Shown: piece after piece, positions 25,449 through 36,667 of the stretch | How the letters are laid out: every line of letters begins with the position of its first letter | Numbering within the stretch: the first letter of the stretch is position 1 | Assembly (NCBI RefSeq): GCF_006345805.1 | Contig: NC_043006.1 | Span: 1,054,001-1,118,000 of the forward strand | Length of the DNA stretch: 64,000 bases | Reading direction: 5' to 3' | Source of the DNA: Octopus sinensis | Lineage: Eukaryota | Position numbers and translations under genes: made by a program | The notes under the pieces: generated by a model | The model's database searches: none | The model's input: the letters and a program-made list of their open reading frames with translations, nothing else | What the model was told of the DNA's origin: nothing

Positions 25449-25841
25449 GTGGAGGCGCAATAGCCCAGTGGTTAGGGCAGCGGACTCGCGGTCATAGGAT
25501 CGCGGTTTCGATTCCCAGACCGGGCGTTGTGAGTGTTTATTGAGCGAAAACACCTAAAAGCTCCACGAGGTTCCGGCAGGGGATGGTGGTGATCACTGCT
25601 GTACTCTTTCACCACAACTTTCTCTCACTCTTACTTCCTGTTTCTGTTGTACCTGTTTTTCAAGGGGCCGGCCTTGTCACTCTCTGTGTCACGCTGAATA
25701 TCCCCGAGAACTACGTTAAGGGTACACGTGTCTGTGGAGTGTTCAGCCACTTACACGTTAATTTCACGAGCAGGCTGTTCCGTTGATTCGGATCAACCGG
25801 AACCCTCATCGTCGTAACCGACGGAGTGCTTCCAACCAAAA
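25449..25841 (+). mobile_element. tRNA-derived SINE, group C (tail type 2), young copy
   Basis: A box tagcccagtgg and B-box-like ggtttcgattccc; 14-bp TSD atcgcttgtcagag (25436-25449, 25842-25855); almost identical to the reverse complement of 54218-54604. Confidence 0.93.
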
Positions 25842-27222
25842 ATCGCTTGTCAGAGGCAACTCTCACTAAAGAAAGCAAGATTATATTCGTCCTAAGAGGT
25901 AATATTTCTGCCCACTTAAACCTGGATGTTCTATTTCAACAATATACTGCGGTAGTTACTGTGAGAGAAACTCAGATATTGGTCTTTTGATGCAAAATAC
26001 ACTTTCGTTTGTTTTAATGGAAGCTCCATGTATATAAAATATATAAAATATATAAACTAAATAATATTATATATTATAAAATATATAGAATACATAATAT
26101 AGTAAAATATATAAAATAAATAATATTATATAATATAAAATATATAGAATATATAATATAATAAAATATATAAAATTTATAAAATTAGTCCTATGTCAAA
26201 GAAAAATCTGTGGCTCGTTAAAAGCTGCGGTTCGCAACCAGAGTCCATATCAGATTTTGTTGTTAAAATATACGTGCAACAAATTGCTTATGTTTCCTTG
26301 TTACACAAATTACTTTAATATTTTAAAAATAATTCCTAATAATATTTTATTATAAAAATACAGCAGGATCGTTTTTTTACATATTCATTGAATGGCTATA
26401 GAGGTCGAAGAGGGCAAAATAGGATTCATGAGGGTTAAAAGGCAAAAGATGTTTGAGAAACACTGTTTCAAATGTTTAAAGAACCAAAACCGTGCATTTT
26501 TGCTCAGATAAAAATGGAGATTTAGTGTTAGTTACAAAGGGGTGTGATAACCGGAGAGTTCAGTGCGTTGTTTGACCTTATCTATATAATACCGGATGTT
26601 AATTCAATCATATTTCTAGACAAACACACACACACTCACACACCACACACACACACATACACAATGTATATATTTACATTACGTATACATATATAACATT
26701 TACATTAAGTATACATATATACATACGTGTGTATGCGCGCGTGTGTGTGTGTGTGTGTGTGTGTTTAACTCATTAGCTTCGGGAAAATCGTGAAACAAAG
26801 TATTTGAAAAACTATTCATCATTTCATAATCAGTCGCATGTGTACGCGTATGAACGCATATACGCATGTATGCGTGTATGTATATAGATGTATGTGTATA
26901 ATATACATTATAATTAGAAGATGTTGTGAAATAAATTATTCGAAGAGCAAGTCATGAAATTCATAATCGTTCGTTCACGCACAGTAATTGTTATTTATTA
27001 ATAGTTTTGCTGTGTGTCTGTGTGTGTATACATACATATAAATATAAATACACACACACACACTAACACGCAAACACTCATATGTGCATACGTATATGTA
27101 AATTAATTTCTAAATCATTACACTTGTAATTATGTAATCAATCTGATACTGACTAATGAAATGACGCAACTCCATCTGGTTGTCTCGTGCGTTTCATTTC
27201 GCTGTTTTTGATAGATTTGCTA

Positions 27223-27840
27223 GAGGTGGAGGAGGAGAAGGAGGGGCAGGAGGAGGAGAATGAGGGAAGAATGGGGGAGGAGGAGGAGGGGATGGGAGGA
27301 GGAGGGGGAGAATGAGGGGAGGGGAGGAGAATGGGGGAGAATGAGGGGAGGAGAAGTATGAGGGGAGGGGGAGGAGAATGAGGGGAGGAGGAGGAGAATT
27401 AGGGGAGGAGGAGGAGAATTAGGGGAGGAAGAGGAGAATGAAGGGAGGAGGAGGAGAATGAAGGGAGGGAGGAGGAGAATGAGGGAAGGAGGAGTATGAG
27501 GGGAGGAGGAGAAAAAGGGGGGGAGTGAAAGAGTGGAGGAGAAAGCGGAGGGGGAGGAAGTGAAGAAAAAGAGAAAGAGGGGCGAGAGGTGGAAGGGAGG
27601 AGAGGATTGACGCATGGGTGGAAGAGCGGAAAAGGAGGCAAGTGTATGAAGAGAGAGAGGAAGAGAAAAAGGAGGAAAAGAGAAAAAGAAACAGAAATGA
27701 AGAAGAAAGAGGACGAGAAGAAGAAAAGGGAAAAGAAACGAAGATGAGGAAGGGGAGGAGGAGGAAAAAAGGAAAAGAAGAATTAAAAAAAGAGAAAGAA
27801 ACAAAGAAATGAAGGAAGGAAGGAGGGAAGGAAGGAAGAA
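27223..27840. repeat. Polypurine GA-rich low-complexity tract (gaggaggagaatgaggg-like units)
   Basis: Directly visible; produces the proline/serine/leucine ORFs on minus. Confidence 0.92.
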
Positions 27841-27940
27841 TCGACAGTAGTCGTAGCAGTGTGCGTGGAGCAATTTGTATGTCCCCAAGACTTGTATGAT
27901 CCTTGTTGTTGCTATTCACTTTAGAAGCTCTGGTAATTTA

Positions 27941-28055
27941 TGTCACCAATAACTGCATGCCATATAAGGTAGTGCGAGAGGCTGGAAGAATTGCTGAGAG
28001 ACACAGGTCTCCGCGAAAGGGAGACTGAATGTGTTGAGAGGTGGGTGGGTAAGAC
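27941..28055 (+). promoter_or_regulatory. Candidate promoter: CCAAT plus perfect CArG box, followed by a splice-donor-like site
   Basis: ccaat at 27946-27950, CCATATAAGG at 27960-27969, GG|GTAAGA at 28047-28054, in non-repetitive sequence. Motif evidence only. Confidence 0.25.
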
Positions 28056-29760
28056 AGCGCAATGGTTACAAGAGAAGAAATGAATATCTAACCTTCCTTT
28101 GTAGAGATGTTATCCGATTGTCTTATTCAGAAGAGTGGTTAGCGTCGGAGTTGAAGTAGAAGACGGAGTCCGTTGCGGGCTTCAAGATTTAAAGTAGCAC
28201 GGAATCCGAATCAAACTATTTTGAACAATGCATGTAACTCCAAATAAATGTGTCGAGTGGCCTTTCTTTCTTTTGTCTACTCACTCATACAACCCCCCTC
28301 CCCCACACAAAATGCGACAGAAAAAGCTTCAATGTTCACCATTCTCGATAAGTGTCACAACAACAAATACAAGGTGGAGGCCGATCCAGAGCATGATGGT
28401 ATCTGATTTGATACGTTAAAACATAAGCTACATAAATGCACCTTTATCATTTGCTTACCTTCAACAGCATCACACTAATGAATGTGGACGATATGGATAA
28501 CTTCTCTGCTACACCTTGTCCAATCATTTGGACTAACCTGCCTTAACATGAGTGAATACAACCAATAACTGTAATTGTTTCAATTCTGCGCTATTAGATC
28601 TTTGTTGCAATTAGCATAGTAAAATGCAGACACCGTTCTATTAAACGAAAGAGAAAATCACATTTAACCTTGTTGTTAGTGCTTGGGTATCTGTAGGATG
28701 GCATTGACTATGTTTCTGTATGTCTCTGCAAATCTATGAGCAGCAGGGGAAAAGAATTCTTGTTCTTATTTTTTATTTTTAGGTTTTTAGGAACACTTGC
28801 AGTTGCAAGTGCATGCGCATCTTTTTCCCCTCAACTGATATTTAACTGAGGAAAAGACTGCCCACTTGGCATGGGCCGATACGTTTTGGCACCAGTGTCA
28901 ACGCTCTCGTTGCGGATAGAACTGAAAGAGCCGGAACCAAAACGGTAAGTCATCTTTCCTGACCCAGTAGGAATTTGTTAATATGTTACAATATATTGGT
29001 CCATCTTACAGACCCCGAAAGAATGAAATGCAAAGTTAGCTCCATCATGATTTGAACCCATAGCACAAAGTTGTAACAGAAATCTTTCCCACCGACCCAG
29101 CGACTTCACCAATTCCCATGGCGGTTCACACTAACCCTACGCATAGATAACTAAAACAATTTGATGTTTACGCATGCGTAGATTATTCACTCAGTTCAAC
29201 GCGAAAAAAGCAAAAGGTTTTCCTTAATTGGAATTCGACAAAATAGTCACTATTTGGCAGGATATCTCCAACTGGTAGGATTTTGAAAACTAAAAACCAT
29301 ATCACTTATGTAATGGTATTTGTGTTGAACGATCGACTCAATGCATGTGAAAACATACATCTTGAGTGTAATCCGTTTTACATTGACTGCCACTCAAACA
29401 TTTTAACGAAAATTCAATGACATGATTGATATTATTCATTATCAAAATCACATTCGAAAGAGATTGAAAAATTAAGGATTATGTGTTTATCGAAGTAGAA
29501 TAAAACACGAAAGTATTTCATGACGCAGTCCAGACTTACGCTGCTCGAACAGGCTTTATTCTCATCCCCTTTGATACCAAATAGTTTTGATGGAGTACCT
29601 TAATTCTGTATCAGTTTCATAATTTCAAATACCCTCATTAGACACCACACCATTCACCCCCACACATATCTATCTATCTAATTATCTATCTATCTATCTA
29701 TATCTATAATCTATCTATCTACTATCTATCTATCTATATATATCTATCTATCTATATATA

Positions 29761-29798
<38 letters not shown>

Positions 29799-30003
29799 GT
29801 GTGTGTGGTGTGGGTGTGTGTGTGTGGTGTGTGTGTGTGGTGTGTTGGTTGTGTGTGTGTATAGTTCGATTTGAAAACACCACACTAGAATAGGAGAAAC
29901 CGCTAATACATGATCTAAGTTATATGATGTATAAAAGCATGTAATATACAAATAAATATCTGTAAATATAAAACCATTCGATCTGAGTACCGAATTTCTT
30001 CTA

Positions 30004-30038
<35 letters not shown>

Positions 30039-30081
30039 ATATATATAATATATATTATATATATATATATAAAGGGACATA

Positions 30082-30402
30082 CAAGGGGCTAGGGTGAAAA
30101 GTTCATAGGTAATTATGCAGAAGTCACAGTAGGGCTATGAAATCTTGCGTGCATTAATTTCGACTTTCCTATTAATAACTGCAGTGTCTCTTTACAGGCA
30201 AACTGGTGTCGGGCTCTTCAAAGATGGACGATAACCATTGTAACCTATGTAACCTATGGGATCTTGTAACCTATGGGATCCAACACTGTAATGTCGATGG
30301 AAAATATGTGTGGATCACAAGGTGGACTATGTTGGAAAATAATTTATTTTGGTCACATTCCATGAAACTATCTTGACCAGCATATGAATTTTTCAGAAGG
30401 CC
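30082..30402 (+). mobile_element. Short non-autonomous mariner (MITE)
   Basis: TA-flanked; tgaaaagttcatagg and catatgaatttttca are imperfect TIRs; cgatggaaaatatgtgtggatcacaaggtggactatgttggaaaataa is a remnant of the mariner C-terminus (RW.KCV...GDYVEK). Confidence 0.8.
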
Positions 30403-30422
30403 TATATACATATAAAGGGTTT

Positions 30423-30470
<48 letters not shown>

Positions 30471-31237
30471 TATAAGAGTGGTGTTGGTATACAGAAGACC
30501 CAAAAAGCAGTTATAGTTACGTAACAATAATATGAAAGGTGTTGGTATCCGTGTATATATATATATATATCAGTGTATGCACAAGAACACAACTGTGTTC
30601 GAGTTTTGTATTTTTATTTGTGATTTTTTCACAAATACCTCAGCGTTCTCAAATCTATTCGTACCTGTTCTATCATCAGAACGTAACGACAGTAAAATGG
30701 CGGATCTTCTCGCACACTGCCTAGAGTCGAAAAAGATTACGGCAGTGTAGATATTTTTAGAAATGTTTTGCAGGCCTCCATATTTTAAAATTATTGAACG
30801 GTTACGTTGGAAGCGTTCGTATTTAATTTCTCGTATGCCTATTAATTTTCAGCATATATTGTTGAATTATCTACAGTTCTTTAGATACACGTTTCATTTA
30901 CAGAGTATCTTCGTAGGATTGCAGTGTTTTCGACTATTGTAACCTTATGTATATTTATTGGATATACTGTATCGTGCATGCAATATTTTATTTCTTTGAT
31001 GGTCAAAAAGAAGAGGCTTGTCATTGCATGACAAATGAAGCAATTTGATTCATGTGTTTCACAATTTTCTTATCTGCACCAGAATTTCTACATTACTTTG
31101 GTAAATATAAATGCGCACTGCATTTTTATTTTGCTTTTTAGTCTGTGTTAATAAGAAGGCTGGACAAGCTGGAGTTATGATATGTGCATCACAGGATATT
31201 TGTTAAACCGGCTTCGCTTCTGGGCGTGAAATTTATT

Positions 31238-31471
31238 CTTATTTCTTTACAGCTCACAAGGGGCTACACGCAGAGGGGATAAACAAGGACAGACAAACGG
31301 ATTAAGTCGGATATATCGACCCCAGTGCATAACTGGTCCTTATTTAATCGGCCCCGAAAGGATGAAAGGCAAAGTCGATCTCGGGGGAATTTGAACACAG
31401 AACGTAGCGGCAGATGAAATACCGATTAAGGATTTGGCCCGGCGAGCTAACGTTTCTGCTAGCATGCCGCC
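31238..31471 (-). mobile_element. tRNA-derived SINE, group B
   Basis: Reverse complement matches 63714-63938 along its length. Confidence 0.88.
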
Positions 31472-31537
31472 TTCAAGGACGCGAAATCTATTCATAAATA
31501 CTATAAGTCACTTCCGAGTGGATTTGTATAGGCGTAA

Positions 31538-31538
31538 T

Positions 31539-31635
<97 letters not shown>

Positions 31636-31660
31636 AACACACACGCACACGCACACACAT
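31538..31660. repeat. (CA)n microsatellite
   Basis: Directly visible. Confidence 0.97.
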
Positions 31661-32848
31661 ATACTTTAGAACAAATATATGGGATTTGTCAATGACGTTA
31701 ATGAGCAGAAACACCTCCCATATTTCCCACGGCTATTGCTGTGTCGCTTGTGATGCTAAGCAAATGGTCACAATATCTCCATGTACCAAATACTTTATTC
31801 TTTTGTTTCACTTGTTATTGTGGTTCACTGACTGCGCTTGCTTTTGAAATGTTTATCAATAATGTTTAAATGCTGGAGGTTTTTACTACACTCTGTATTA
31901 TGTATATTGGAATTTAATAGGGCCAACGTATACAGTATAGCGCTATAATTTCTCCTTAATTGCTATAATTACAATATTCAGTATTATATATATATTTCCT
32001 AAAATGTAATGTCTATTCAATATATTCCATTCTTGAGAGATGCTTGCCTTTAGAAATAGGGGAACACAATTTAGTAAAAATAGAGAAAAAAGCGTGCTTT
32101 TGGAAATGTGCTTCTTTGTGACACTGTCGATAATTAACAATGATTTAACATTGACGATGAAATAGTTTGCTTTCACGGGAACTGTTGCTGCAGAAATGTT
32201 TAATTTAATTGCAGTTGCTTTATGAAATCTCCAATATGGATGTAACTAGTTTAATTAGAACCATATAAAGCCTTTGGATTGATTTCAAGTTAGTAAACCT
32301 GGAAGATACTTCTTGCCTGTGAAATGCACTAAAGCAGATTTGATGCATTCAGGCATAAAGCTACACACTTCATATATATATATGTGTGTGAGTGTGTCTG
32401 CGTGTGTATGTGTGCGTATACATGTATATATATATATGTATATATATACTATGAGTATATATAAATGTGTGCGTATATATATAAATCTCTCACTCTCTCT
32501 CTCTCTCTGTATATATATATATATATATATAGGTGTGTATCTATATATACATATATGCATATATGTGTATATAGATAGATCGATCGATAGATAGATATGT
32601 ATGTACGGATAGATAAATAAATAAATAAATAAATAAATATATATATACACATCCGCTCGTGCGCGTGCGTAGACTTGCCTTTGCGAGTGCATGTTTGTGC
32701 GTGCGCGCCCACACGCTTGTTTGCGTGACCTTAACTTCGATGGAACTAAAGGAGCGACTGTGTCACATTAATAGCTAGCATTTGCAGGCAACGGTGGTCT
32801 CGTGGGAGAAAGATTAATTCTAAGCGGAATCCATTCGGGAACTGTTCG

Positions 32849-32934
32849 CCAATCAATCTTGTATGCGGTGGCTTTGTCATACATGCTCTCTTTAAGTCAT
32901 ATAAAGCCAGTCAACTATTCTCACCATCCACACT
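32849..32934 (+). promoter_or_regulatory. Candidate pol II core promoter (CCAAT, TATA, Inr)
   Basis: CCAATCAATC at 32849-32858, TATAAAG at 32900-32906, and Inr-like CCACACT at 32928-32934 whose A (32930) is 30 nt after the TATA start. Motif spacing only. Confidence 0.3.
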
Positions 32935-33239
32935 GTCGATACCAAACTATATCAAGCTAGAAAAAAAACCCCAAAAAACAAAGAAAAAGACAAGAAAAAG
33001 AATGCTGATAATAGGAAAAGAAGTCCGTGGGGGTACCTAAGTCCAATATACAAGGGGCTAAAGAAAACAAGATGTAGTTGAGTACTGCAAAATTTCAAGC
33101 GTATTACTTTCATCCTACAATTTTATAGCGATCAGGTCAAGGGAGGATTGCAATCCTGGGGTTAAAATCAGGGAGTAATCAGGTGATCATATGAGTAACG
33201 ATATATATATATATATGCATATATATATATGTATATATG

Positions 33240-33305
<66 letters not shown>

Positions 33306-33314
33306 TATATATAT

Positions 33315-33655
33315 CAACAATTGAGGGTAAAATTAATTAATTAATCAATTTCACCAAGTGTTCAGTATGTAAAAGGACCATTTAAGGCGAAATTAAGAAA
33401 TTAAGAAATTTTGAGCTGACGAAAGAAATGCTGATTTTATTTGGCTAATCTTGAAACGTTGACGTACTCAAACGATCTATGTACTTGTGATATATTTCTG
33501 TATTTACCTCCAAACCTTCGTGAGCTGTCTGGAGTAAACATTATCTGAGAGAAATTTTCTTTAAGTAGTAGAAATGGCTAAAAAAATTTTTTTGGCTGCT
33601 ATTTCTACTAAGTTCAGTATGTGGCAAAGTAATTTATTTTACTAAGCCCTAATTA
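33315..33655 (+). mobile_element. Penelope-like terminal repeat fragment in a (TA)n tract
   Basis: Bounded by (TA)n on both sides, shares both ends with 19235-19390, and contains a hammerhead fold as established for PLE pseudo-LTRs. Confidence 0.65.
33410..33472 (+). ncRNA. Type I hammerhead ribozyme with intact core
   Basis: Stem I tttgag(33410-15)/ctcaaa(33467-72); core CTGACGA (33416-22); stem II aaga/tctt (33423-26/33449-52); GAA (33453-55); stem III acg/cgt (33456-58/33463-65) with ttga loop; cleavage triplet GUA at 33464-33466. Confidence 0.8.
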
Positions 33656-33690
33656 TATAATATATATATATATATATAATATATATATAT

Positions 33691-33900
33691 AGGGAGATTT
33701 TTACGAAAAAAAAACAAAAGACGAAGACAGGGGGTGTACAAAACAAACAGATGTATTAGTATAACGCTCAGGAATAGAAAAAGTATTTTATGTTTCGAGC
33801 CTACGCTCTTCTACAGAAAGGGACACAGAAACAAAAACAAAGAGACAAACAAGGAGAGAAAATGAGGAGAGAAAAAAAGAGTGAAAAAATGTGTGTAATA
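33691..33900 (-). mobile_element. Penelope-like terminal fragment (same family as 3362-3572), minus strand
   Basis: Reverse complement contains ctttctgtagaagagcgtaggctcgaaacataaa and cctgagcgttatactaataca. Confidence 0.6.
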
Positions 33901-33901
33901 C

Positions 33902-33933
<32 letters not shown>

Positions 33934-33952
33934 ATATTACACATAATGGCGG

Positions 33953-33995
33953 TGCCCCAGCATGGCCACGGCTTGTGAGCTGAAACTAGATAAAA
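33953..33995 (+). mobile_element. Isolated CR1/SINE-A-type 3' terminus
   Basis: atggcggtgccccagcatggccacggcttgtgagctgaaactagataaaa matches the group A tail and the LINE end at 48600-48639. Confidence 0.6.
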
Positions 33996-34020
33996 ATTTT
34001 AAGAAATAAAATATAAAATA

Positions 34021-34200
34021 CAAAATGGGACAAGAACGCAAAACATCCGGACAATTTGGTGATACAGAAAGGGACAACAAAACATCCAGATAGCGATACA
34101 AGAAAACAAGGACGGGTCATTCGAAGTTTCTTTCTTCAGTCAAGAACCAGATTATCCGCGCAATTTCTGCGCTGATTATCTTGAGATTGCAATCTGGCCA
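34021..34200 (-). mobile_element. Probable Penelope-like terminal fragment (third family)
   Basis: Minus strand CTGAAGA aag aaa ctt c GAAT at 34117-34139 is a degenerate hammerhead core; (TA)n adjacent. Confidence 0.4.
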
Positions 34201-34217
34201 TATATATATTGATATAG

Positions 34218-34267
<50 letters not shown>

Positions 34268-34268
34268 T

Positions 34269-34563
34269 CACTGATCACGTGACCGACCAGACCATCCAGA
34301 TGTTGTACACATCGCTGGTCACAATGCGTTCGCATTGTTTTAGCCTTCGAATGACGCCACCCCGCTGGCTAAGCGAGCAGGCCAACAGAAGAAAGAGTGA
34401 GAGAAAATTGTGGCGAAAGAGTACAACAGGGATCACCACCCCCGGCCGGAGTCTCGTGGAGCTTTTTAGGTGTTTTCGCTGAATAAACACACACAACGCC
34501 CGGTCTGGGAATCGAAACCGCGATCCTACGACCGCGAGTCCGCTGCCCTAACTACTAGGCCAT
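34269..34563 (-). mobile_element. tRNA-derived SINE, group C (tail type 3)
   Basis: Head and body as in 25449-25841 up to ctctcactct, followed by a different tail (cttctgttggcctgctcgcttagccagcggggtggcgtcattcgaaggc...ggtcacgtgatcagtga). Confidence 0.85.
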
Positions 34564-35225
34564 TATATATATATAAGGTGAGAGAGGGGAGGATGGACGT
34601 CAGCAAACACCTCATAAGGAAGTACGTATCTCAGTCTATCACCTTTATACAGCCTACGCTATGTTGAACCCGAATCCTTCATTCGATCTACTTAACTCAG
34701 ACCAATAACTCTGTAGAGAATTTGACCTTATATACGTATGCGTGTGTTTGTAAGTATGTATGTGTGTGTGTATGTGTGTGTGTGTGTGTACATGTGTGTG
34801 TGTGTAGATATGTATGTATATTTATATATGTCTAATACAGTCAAATATACATTTACAACAACCAACTGAAGTTGTGGTAATATATATTCCTGTGATAATT
34901 ACTGGTATAGAGAACACTCATGGTTTTATGCTTGACATAATGAGTAACCTTTGTACAAAAGACTATAAGAAATAACAAAATATATATTTTATATGATATA
35001 GTGACACGTACAGCTCGCCATCGTTAATGACAAGAGACATTGATGATCCTAGACTTATAGCCAATTAACAATTAGCATAATGAGAATAAAACTAGCCCTT
35101 TTATTACTACAGAGAATTACTTATAAACTATTGAAATATGTTCAATCCTAAGGTGTCAGTTCACATTATAAAGCAGACACTGTATTATATATTTATGTTC
35201 GATATTGTAGTATAGTGGTCTCAAT

Positions 35226-35259
<34 letters not shown>

Positions 35260-35379
35260 TGTGAGTTGTACATATAGAGAAAGATAAATACGTACATAAA
35301 TACATATGCATAGACATACATGTATACACTCATATATACATACATACATACGTACTCACACACACAGCTAGATAGATAA

Positions 35380-35444
<65 letters not shown>

Positions 35445-35452
35445 GATAGATA

Positions 35453-35483
<31 letters not shown>

Positions 35484-35516
35484 TATATATAGATTAGATA
35501 GAGAGAGATAGATAGC

Positions 35517-35561
<45 letters not shown>

Positions 35562-35630
35562 TTAAATTACAGTGACCCAGTGGTTCTGTGCTGCATGCAT
35601 TGACACTTATTAAATTGGTTTCAAATCAAA

Positions 35631-35717
35631 GGTGATTACATTTGTATACCTTTGATAATGGTATTTCGTTGGATTGTACAAGAAATACCATTACCAGCAG
35701 TATATCAATGTAACCCC
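35631..35717 (+). ncRNA. Pre-miRNA-like hairpin (candidate)
   Basis: Arms 35636-35667 and 35682-35713 pair over 32 positions with 4 mismatches and 2 G-U pairs around a 14-nt loop, in non-repetitive sequence. No expression evidence. Confidence 0.35.
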
Positions 35718-35863
35718 TGCCCTTATTTAAAACCACTTTGGTAAGTATCAACGCACAAAACCCTCGTCCTCTGATCCATTCTATGATTTCTGCCAATTAT
35801 TAAAATAAAAACGTATATAAACTCATGTTCCGAATTCTATTCTCCTTTGGCACCACTAAACCT

Positions 35864-36021
35864 ATGTATGTATGTATGTATGTATGTATGTATGTATGTA
35901 TGTATGTATGTATGTATGTATGTATGCATGTATGTATGTATGTATGTATGTATGTATGTATGTATGTATGTATGTATGTATGTATGTATGTATGTATGTA
36001 TGTATGTATGTATGTACGTAT
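35864..36021. repeat. (TATG)n microsatellite
   Basis: Directly visible. Confidence 0.97.
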
Positions 36022-36461
36022 GTTCTCGTTCTCTTGTTAATTCTAGAGTAAATTCTGAACGGCCACCTGTTTGGTAGGAAGGTTGCGAAGGAAAGCATTA
36101 CGTTTTAATCCGCATCCTTGAAATTTGAAGAAGGCCTTGCAGACTTTTACAGTCGTGGTCTTTTGTAGCATATGAATTAAAGGTTTGCTTTCCTCACCAA
36201 CATCTCAATTTCAGCATACTTTGCTACAAGCAGGTTGATATGCATCCTGTTCCTCCAGTAATAACAGGTATGAGGCTGAAAGTACATCTTGAGGACTGGA
36301 TTTGCAAACTTCTTACCAATGGTCTAGAGATATCCTCTTTTTCTTGTATTTTTCTAACCACATTCGTATTCATGTATCAATGTATGTATAGTTATGCACA
36401 AACACACACACACACACACACATGCACACACATGCACACATGTATGTTTGTAAATATATAT

Positions 36462-36583
36462 ACTCATAAGGCTTTGGTCGGGTCGAGGCTCTAGTAAAAA
36501 CACTTGCCCAAGGTGCCACGCTCTGGGAATAAACCCGGAACCATGTGGCTGGTAAGCAAGCTACTTACCACACAGCCACTTCT
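36462..36583 (-). mobile_element. SINE group A, 5' head fragment
   Basis: Reverse complement gtggctgtgtggtaagtagcttgcttaccagccacatggttccggg...ttgggcaagtgt. Confidence 0.85.
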
Positions 36584-36667
36584 ATATTATATATATCTAT
36601 ATATATATAATATATATATTATATTGAGAAAATTAGAAAATATACATACAAATCTATATATACTAAA

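Noticed and set aside
25449-25525. tRNA-like sequences at SINE heads
   Set aside because: A and B boxes are present, but there is no complete cloverleaf or acceptor stem and each continues into a SINE body; not tRNA genes.
27405-27430. ttaggg hexamers suggesting telomeric repeat
   Set aside because: Two isolated occurrences inside a GA-rich minisatellite, not a tandem array.
30695-30750. YY1-like aaaatggcgg and an 8-bp acactgcc/ggcagtgt stem
   Set aside because: Single motif and short stem, expected by chance; too short for a miRNA precursor.
35682-35705. Resemblance of the minus-strand arm (atactgctggtaatg) to miR-8/miR-200 family
   Set aside because: The AAUACU seed is absent (auauacu), and the match would lie on the 5p arm whereas that family matures from 3p.
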